Assembly (NCBI GenBank): GCA_037834085.1
Contig: JBBMKC010010713.1
Location: 1-40,958 of the forward strand
Direction: 5' to 3'
DNA: 40,958 nucleotides
Source of the DNA: Bipalium vagum
Lineage: Eukaryota
Part shown: positions 35,291 to 40,958 of the stretch, piece after piece
Layout of the letters: every line of letters starts with the position of its first letter
How positions within the stretch are numbered: the first letter of the stretch is position 1
The notes under the pieces: generated by a model
Seen by the model: only the letters and a program-made list of their open reading frames with translations
Told to the model about the DNA's origin: nothing
Database searches by the model: none
Made by a program: the position numbers and the translations under genes

Positions 35291-37997
35291 CCTTCTGATA
35301 AATCAATAATAGGGCATGGGATCCCAGAATAAAATAAGGTTTTTCTTGTTATTGGCTTCTTTACTTCAACATAATATCTTTTTGTTTGATTCACATAATA
35401 TTTAAGTGGGATGGTGAATTGGTTTTTGCTAGCAGGATCTCTAAACTAAAATAGCGAGAGGTTTACACTTCAATTAAGTAAATAATTGAGGTTTTTCTAA
35501 GTAGGATCACTGTAACAATAGTCATTCTTGATAAATTTACAAATCTGAGTATTTATTTTTTTCATTGTATTAACAAATAAAAATTTTAAAAAATGATTTT
35601 TGCTATGTTAGTTTTTTGATTTTATAAGGAACACGACTTTTAAAATCTTGTAAACATAATGATCTCGACTTTTGGTGATTGTTAATTGACCTACTTAAAG
35701 ATTAAAAAACTGGACACTCAAAATACTTGGAAGATTTTTTAAAAAGAGAGCGAGTAAAGTTTTAATGCACAAGAGACCTTGGGACATCACCAGACATCCA
35801 TGATGAGACTAGAAAAGTTAGATTTATCATGTTAAGATTTATTCTGAATCCATAATGTAAATAAAGAAATATGACAAACGATTTTTATGTATTGAAAAAA
35901 TCATGAAAACTAAGGAAATGGATCTTACACATATTTTAAAAGGCAGATAATGTTTAAAGGTTTTAATCTGTCACGTTAAAAATCACATAATTCTTCTGAT
36001 CATCTTGGTAATTTCGAGTGGTTTGAGTTAGTTTGTTTGAAACTGGAACAGTAAGTAAGCTGAAATTGAATTCTTGTCTGTTTCTCTTCGGTTTGTAAGA
36101 TCTGTAAACGGTCATAACATTATCGATCGCAGATTTATTTTGTTGGGTTCGCCAAAGGGACGACGCGAAGAGACTGACAAGGATCTGAATTGATAATAAT
36201 ATTAGGGTAATTCATGAGTATTTTCGTTTTTTTGTTTAAGTAGTTCAAAGTAATTTTTTTAGTTGATAAACAATTTGAATATATCGATTTATATATTAAT
36301 TTGAAACTTAAAAAATTTTCTAAAAATAGGTTAATCAATTTATTTTAAATAAATGTAATACCATCTTTTATTTTAGCTGAAATAAAAATGAAAAAAATCA
36401 AAATTCACACTCTGCTTCGACATTATTGAAGCAATAATTCAAAGAAAGTGAAGCTGCCAGAAAGATGTGCAAAGTGGAAGGTGAAGGTGTAGTCTCCATT
36501 CGTATAGCCCAAATTGAGTTCAAAACATTTAATGAAGGTAACAATGATCTATACGATCAATCACGTCCCAGTAGGTCATTAACTGTGAATCAAGAAGTTC
36601 TCCGCAATGTTGTTGAGACCAAACCACCGACTAGCACTCGAATATTGTCTGCTGATCTAGGTATTTTCCAAGTAGCAGTTGTCCGACACCTTAAAGCAAT
36701 CAGTAAGGTCAACAAACGATATAGAGAAGTACCTCACAATTTAACCGAAAATCAAGTAAAGCGACTTATGGAAACATGTAGAAGGCTGCTGGACAATACG
36801 TAGAATGATCGTTTCATTAGACAAATTGTAACTTCTAATGAAAAGTGGTTACATTTTACCATTCCTCTAAAAATAATCATTGGTTGGACCCTGAGAAAGT
36901 GGCAGAACATGTTCTAAATGAGACCGATTCTAACAGAAGACATTTTTGTGCGTTTGGTGGAATTTCGAAGGGATGATCCACTTTGAATTGATTCCAAATA
37001 GCATATCACTAGACACAGACCTATACTGTGCTCAACTGGATCGATTTTTTCAAAAATTATAGCCGAAATATCCAGCATTGGTCAATCGAAAGCGGGCACA
37101 CTGCCAAGAAAAAAATCGAAAAAATCAGAGAACTTAAATCTATTAAATTGTTACCCCTTCCAGCATACAGTCCCGATCTTGCCCCATCGGATTACCATCT
37201 TTTTCGATCAATGGTACATTTTCTCAGAGGGTGTAGATTCAATAACTCGGAGGAGATCGAAACTGCGTTTTTCTGGTCCAAGGACAAAGAATAGTAACAA
37301 CAAGAAATCAAACAACTATCAGACTTAAAACTATTGATTCAAATGGCCTTGACTTTGAAACATAATATAATTTTTTTTGTTTTTGTGGAGCATCCCACAA
37401 TAAAGAGACTTTTAATGATTATGAAATAAACATTTTGCTGTTTACTGATTTTAGTAGTTATGGTTTTTATGAAAACATTTCATTCTGATTTTGGTGATCA
37501 ATAAATATTATGATTTTACTTTTTGTTTTTGTGCAAAAGATTAAAGGCTGATGATCAGAAAATCCCTTTTAAATAATAATAATTATTATTGTTATTTTTA
37601 TTTATTAAATAGTAATTATAAACTATTATCAAAAAACGAATAAACAAAGAATTTATATAAAAAACAAATATAGAAAATAGCAATTGCTAAGAATAGAAAA
37701 TAATGGAAATAAAATTGTTACTAAAAATAAGTTTTAGACAAATAAAATTATATGAATTTCTAAAAATATAAATTATGTTTCTAAATATAGAAATTATAAT
37801 AAAATTTTTATATATAAACACAAGAACAGTAAAGACACAATAAATCTCATCAGAGGCTAGATAAATCCAGCAGAGAAAAACAAATAAAAAGATCAACATT
37901 CCAACGAAAAACGAAACTAGTCATATCGGTAACAACAAACAAGGGTCATATCACTATCCAAATAACAACGCGAGGCATTAATCAAATTAAAATTCAT
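35291..37997 (-). CDS. Unidentified multi-exon gene with two N-terminal hydrophobic helices; 3' end unresolved
   Basis: Phase-consistent exons 37997-37955, 37916-37822, 36184-35987 and 35445-35291 give MNFNLINASRCYLDISFFVGMLIFLFVFLCWIYLASDEIYCVFTVLILVSLFASSLWRTQQ...DDQKNYFRDPASKNQFTIPLKYY...PCPIIDLSEG. Confidence 0.55.
36380..37400 (+). mobile_element. Near full-length degenerate mariner transposase, in an intron of the second gene
   Basis: HTH, REVPHNLT, IVTSNEKW, CVWWNFEG and PAYSPDLAPSDYHLFRSM; stops and frameshifts. Confidence 0.93.
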
Positions 37998-39469
37998 TAT
38001 TCAAATTCCAAAGCAGGTCAGTCTATAAATTCCACAACGAAGGTAGAATCAGGTTACAAAAAAAAGACAATAGTATAAAATGGACGCTTAAAACTAGAAA
38101 AAGAGAGACCAAATTACGATCCACATTCAGGTGAAAGACAATTGGATATTGCCAGATCGATACGAATATTAGGTGAATATTTTAATATGTATTATAATTT
38201 CTATTCTAAAATTATTCAAACTCTGTGAGTACAGAAACTTCGAATATTTTCTTAATATTATATTAAACACAATTTGCGCAATCCTAACCGATTGACGTGA
38301 ATTTTTCATTTAATTGTCTCCTTATAAATAAATACTCGGTGCTTCACCGTTTATTAATTAATTTTTTCTGTTTTTCTTTTCTTCCTTTTTTGTTTAAAGT
38401 TTGCACAGCCGCTAGCTGGCAAACTTCATGAGGGCTTTAACACACTAGACTAAGCCTGTGTTTAAAGATTCTGATTCATTCAGGCTAAAATCTTATTGTC
38501 AATTTGTCATTAAAACATTGTTATAAACCGATTTTTCAATAAAGATTTTTTTTCAAAATTTGTTAGTTTTGTTTAATTTTTACATTGTATCAGTAATTAT
38601 TATAGTGCTTCAACGTTCATCCGTATTTTCTTCTGATAGCACATATTTTGTTAAGTGACCTAAAAGCCCGAGATAAGTCTTTTTAAAATCAACCATCTTT
38701 TTAGGAACTTAACATTTTATTTTGTTTTTATTATTTTAAAAGATAAACGAAATTACTTATGAATCACCTTAATATTATAAATTATCAGGAAAAAATACTA
38801 AAATTGACCTTATTTCGCTGTCGAAATAACACCAGGCATCATTTAGAACTGGAAAAGTAAATTTAAATTATTTTTAATATAATCTAGGAAATAGACTTTC
38901 CGAGAGTGAGGTGAGCGGCCAATCAAAAAAAATCTGTAACAGACTGAGTTTCTTTAATTGTTTTTTAGTAATCAGGAAGATTTACATTTTTTGAGAATCC
39001 TAGGAAACGTTCAAAATTTTAGAATTTTACCGATTTCCAGAAAACGTTGGAAGAATTAATTATGAAACGCCGGAAACGCTAGCAGCATCAATTAATTCCT
39101 CTTTGTAATTTCTGCTTTTTTTTAATGATGATACAACAGGAGTATGCAGTAGATCTCTTGTAGTTTGGATCACTCCTGGCGAGACTATTTATTGTTTTCT
39201 TATGTGCTGTAGTTTTCCTTTTAATTTTGAAAGTAATAATTTAATAACGAGATATATTAAACTTTGTGATTATTATCTTTTTCTTTAATAAATATTAATT
39301 AAAATAATCAGTTATTATATTATAGCACTGACGTTGACCAAAAGACACTGATTGTAATTTTATTTGTGATACTGAGTTACATTATTTTATTGTATTAGCT
39401 TGTAACATATCTTTTCTTCATTTTTACAATATATGAAATGAAATAATTAAAACAGTTTATTTACGAATA

Positions 39470-40510
39470 AATATGAAAATCATTCGATAACATAATTTCC
39501 GTCATTGTTTAGAATCTTCTCCCATCTTTCCACCAATTTTTCGAAACCTTTATTCCAGAAATTACTAGATTTGGTCTGAAAGAAAATTGTGATCCAAATT
39601 TTAAGATCATCCTCGTTCTGAAAAGTAATACTTTTCATTTGGTTTGACAGCGAGCGGAAAAGATAAAAATCAGTTGGCGCAAGATCCAGAAAATAAGTAG
39701 GGTGTGGAAGAACTTCCAAATAGATCTCTTTGAGGGTGGTTTTGGTAATAACTTACTTGCTGTGTGCGACCTGACGTTATCATGGATAAGAATCACTTTG
39801 GCTCGTTTATACTAATATTTCACTTTAATAATGTCGTTTACTTAATGGAATTGCTTTATGAAGGAGCTTGTCTACTGTTTTGCCTTATGGGATCATTTCC
39901 CAGTGTATCGGACCATCCCATTTCCACCAAGCACAGATCATACTTTTTAAATGCAATTCTGGTTTAATTTTGGACGTACCTATGAAACCAGGAGCCACCC
40001 ACTTCTTAATATACTTTAAGTTTGTATACAGATATCATTTTTCATCCTTTCGATGAAAAAAACGCTCTCTGTGGCCGCGTGTTGCTCGGTGTCTGGCAAG
40101 ATTTTGAGCATCAATTTTTAAATGACTTTCTCTGATTTTTTCATTGGGCTTATATGGTACACATGAATTAATGTTTTGATAATAACCATTTGATTTTAGG
40201 TGGCGGAAGGCTGTCATTGGATTGTTGTTCATCTTTTATGAGAATTCTCTCCATGTTTGACGACTGTCCACTTCAATCAGTTTGACCAATTTGTTATAAT
40301 CGAAATTTGATGCACGACCAGTATGTGGTGTGTCTTGCAGGTCAAATGTGCCATTTTCCAATTTATTATACCATTTTTAGCAGTTGTCTATACCAAAACA
40401 TTTTCTCCGTACACACTGAAGTTTCCTTGACAGCTTCTGTTACTTTGTTACTGCGATTAAAAAAAAGTGTCGAAAATGGTGCTTATGATCAATTTTTCAT
40501 TTAATTTCAA
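39470..40510 (-). mobile_element. Near full-length degenerate mariner transposase
   Basis: CVPYKP, DEK, CAWWKW-like segment, EVLPHPTYFLDLAPTDFYLFRSL...ERWEKILNNDGNY. Confidence 0.93.
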
Positions 40511-40958
40511 ACTTGTACTTACTATGATTTAGTTATAAGTAAAATAAATTTCAAATAAATGTATTTACTAATAAATAAATGTAATCTGATTAAAAAAACT
40601 TTAATTATGTTACAACGTAATAACTAGAAGACATTGAAAATTTCTTTTTTGTTTATGACGATTATGTTTTTGTAGTAAAATATAAAGGTTACTGTGATTA
40701 TTTTTATTCATTTAATAAGGTTTATTGTGATTAATTTGATTCATACATTGAAGCCTATTTTGCTTTTTTTGATTCAATAACACGATAATAGCTAAGTGAG
40801 GCGTCAGTAAAATTGCGAGCATAAAGTAATAATTTATTACAATAATTTAGCTCCAATAAACCATTTATTTAGAGCTTCATGAACATTGATAACTTTACTA
40901 AAACGTTGTCGTTTTCTGTTGACATTTCCAGCACCGGAAAGTAAAATATCTTTTTTCT

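Noticed and set aside
38330-38490. Minus frame reads protein-like if TAA/TAG encode Gln (possible variant genetic code)
   Set aside because: The ~473-codon shootin-like model has many CAA/CAG and no in-frame TAA/TAG; more likely a decayed coding fragment
1-40958. CRISPR arrays, rRNA, intact tRNA or prokaryotic operons
   Set aside because: No regularly spaced repeat-spacer array, no long intact ORFs; the sequence is intron-rich eukaryotic DNA

Overview
Very AT-rich eukaryotic nuclear DNA, most likely from an animal; there are no prokaryotic features. (1) A 13-exon minus-strand gene (ATG 23546 to TGA 798) can be assembled by hand with consistent GT-AG splice phases. It encodes about 473 aa of coiled coil plus polyproline and resembles shootin-1. 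(2) A second, unidentified minus-strand membrane-protein gene spans about 37997 to at least 35291. Coding-like blocks of uncertain strand lie between 29096 and 34300. (3) A decayed M16 (insulinase-like) metallopeptidase pseudogene lies at about 24.5-25.75 kb. (4) Many dead transposons fill the introns and intergenic space: about 10 mariner relics, Tc1, pogo/Tigger, hAT, a Sola-like and a LINE-like fragment, and a Penelope-like retroelement. The most unusual small-scale signals are a minimal hammerhead ribozyme behind the Penelope GIY-YIG domain, a centrally deleted tRNA-Ala at the tip of a ~100-bp foldback, and a mariner-type MITE carrying an intact-looking captured exon. All homology calls come from motif recognition by eye; no searches were run.
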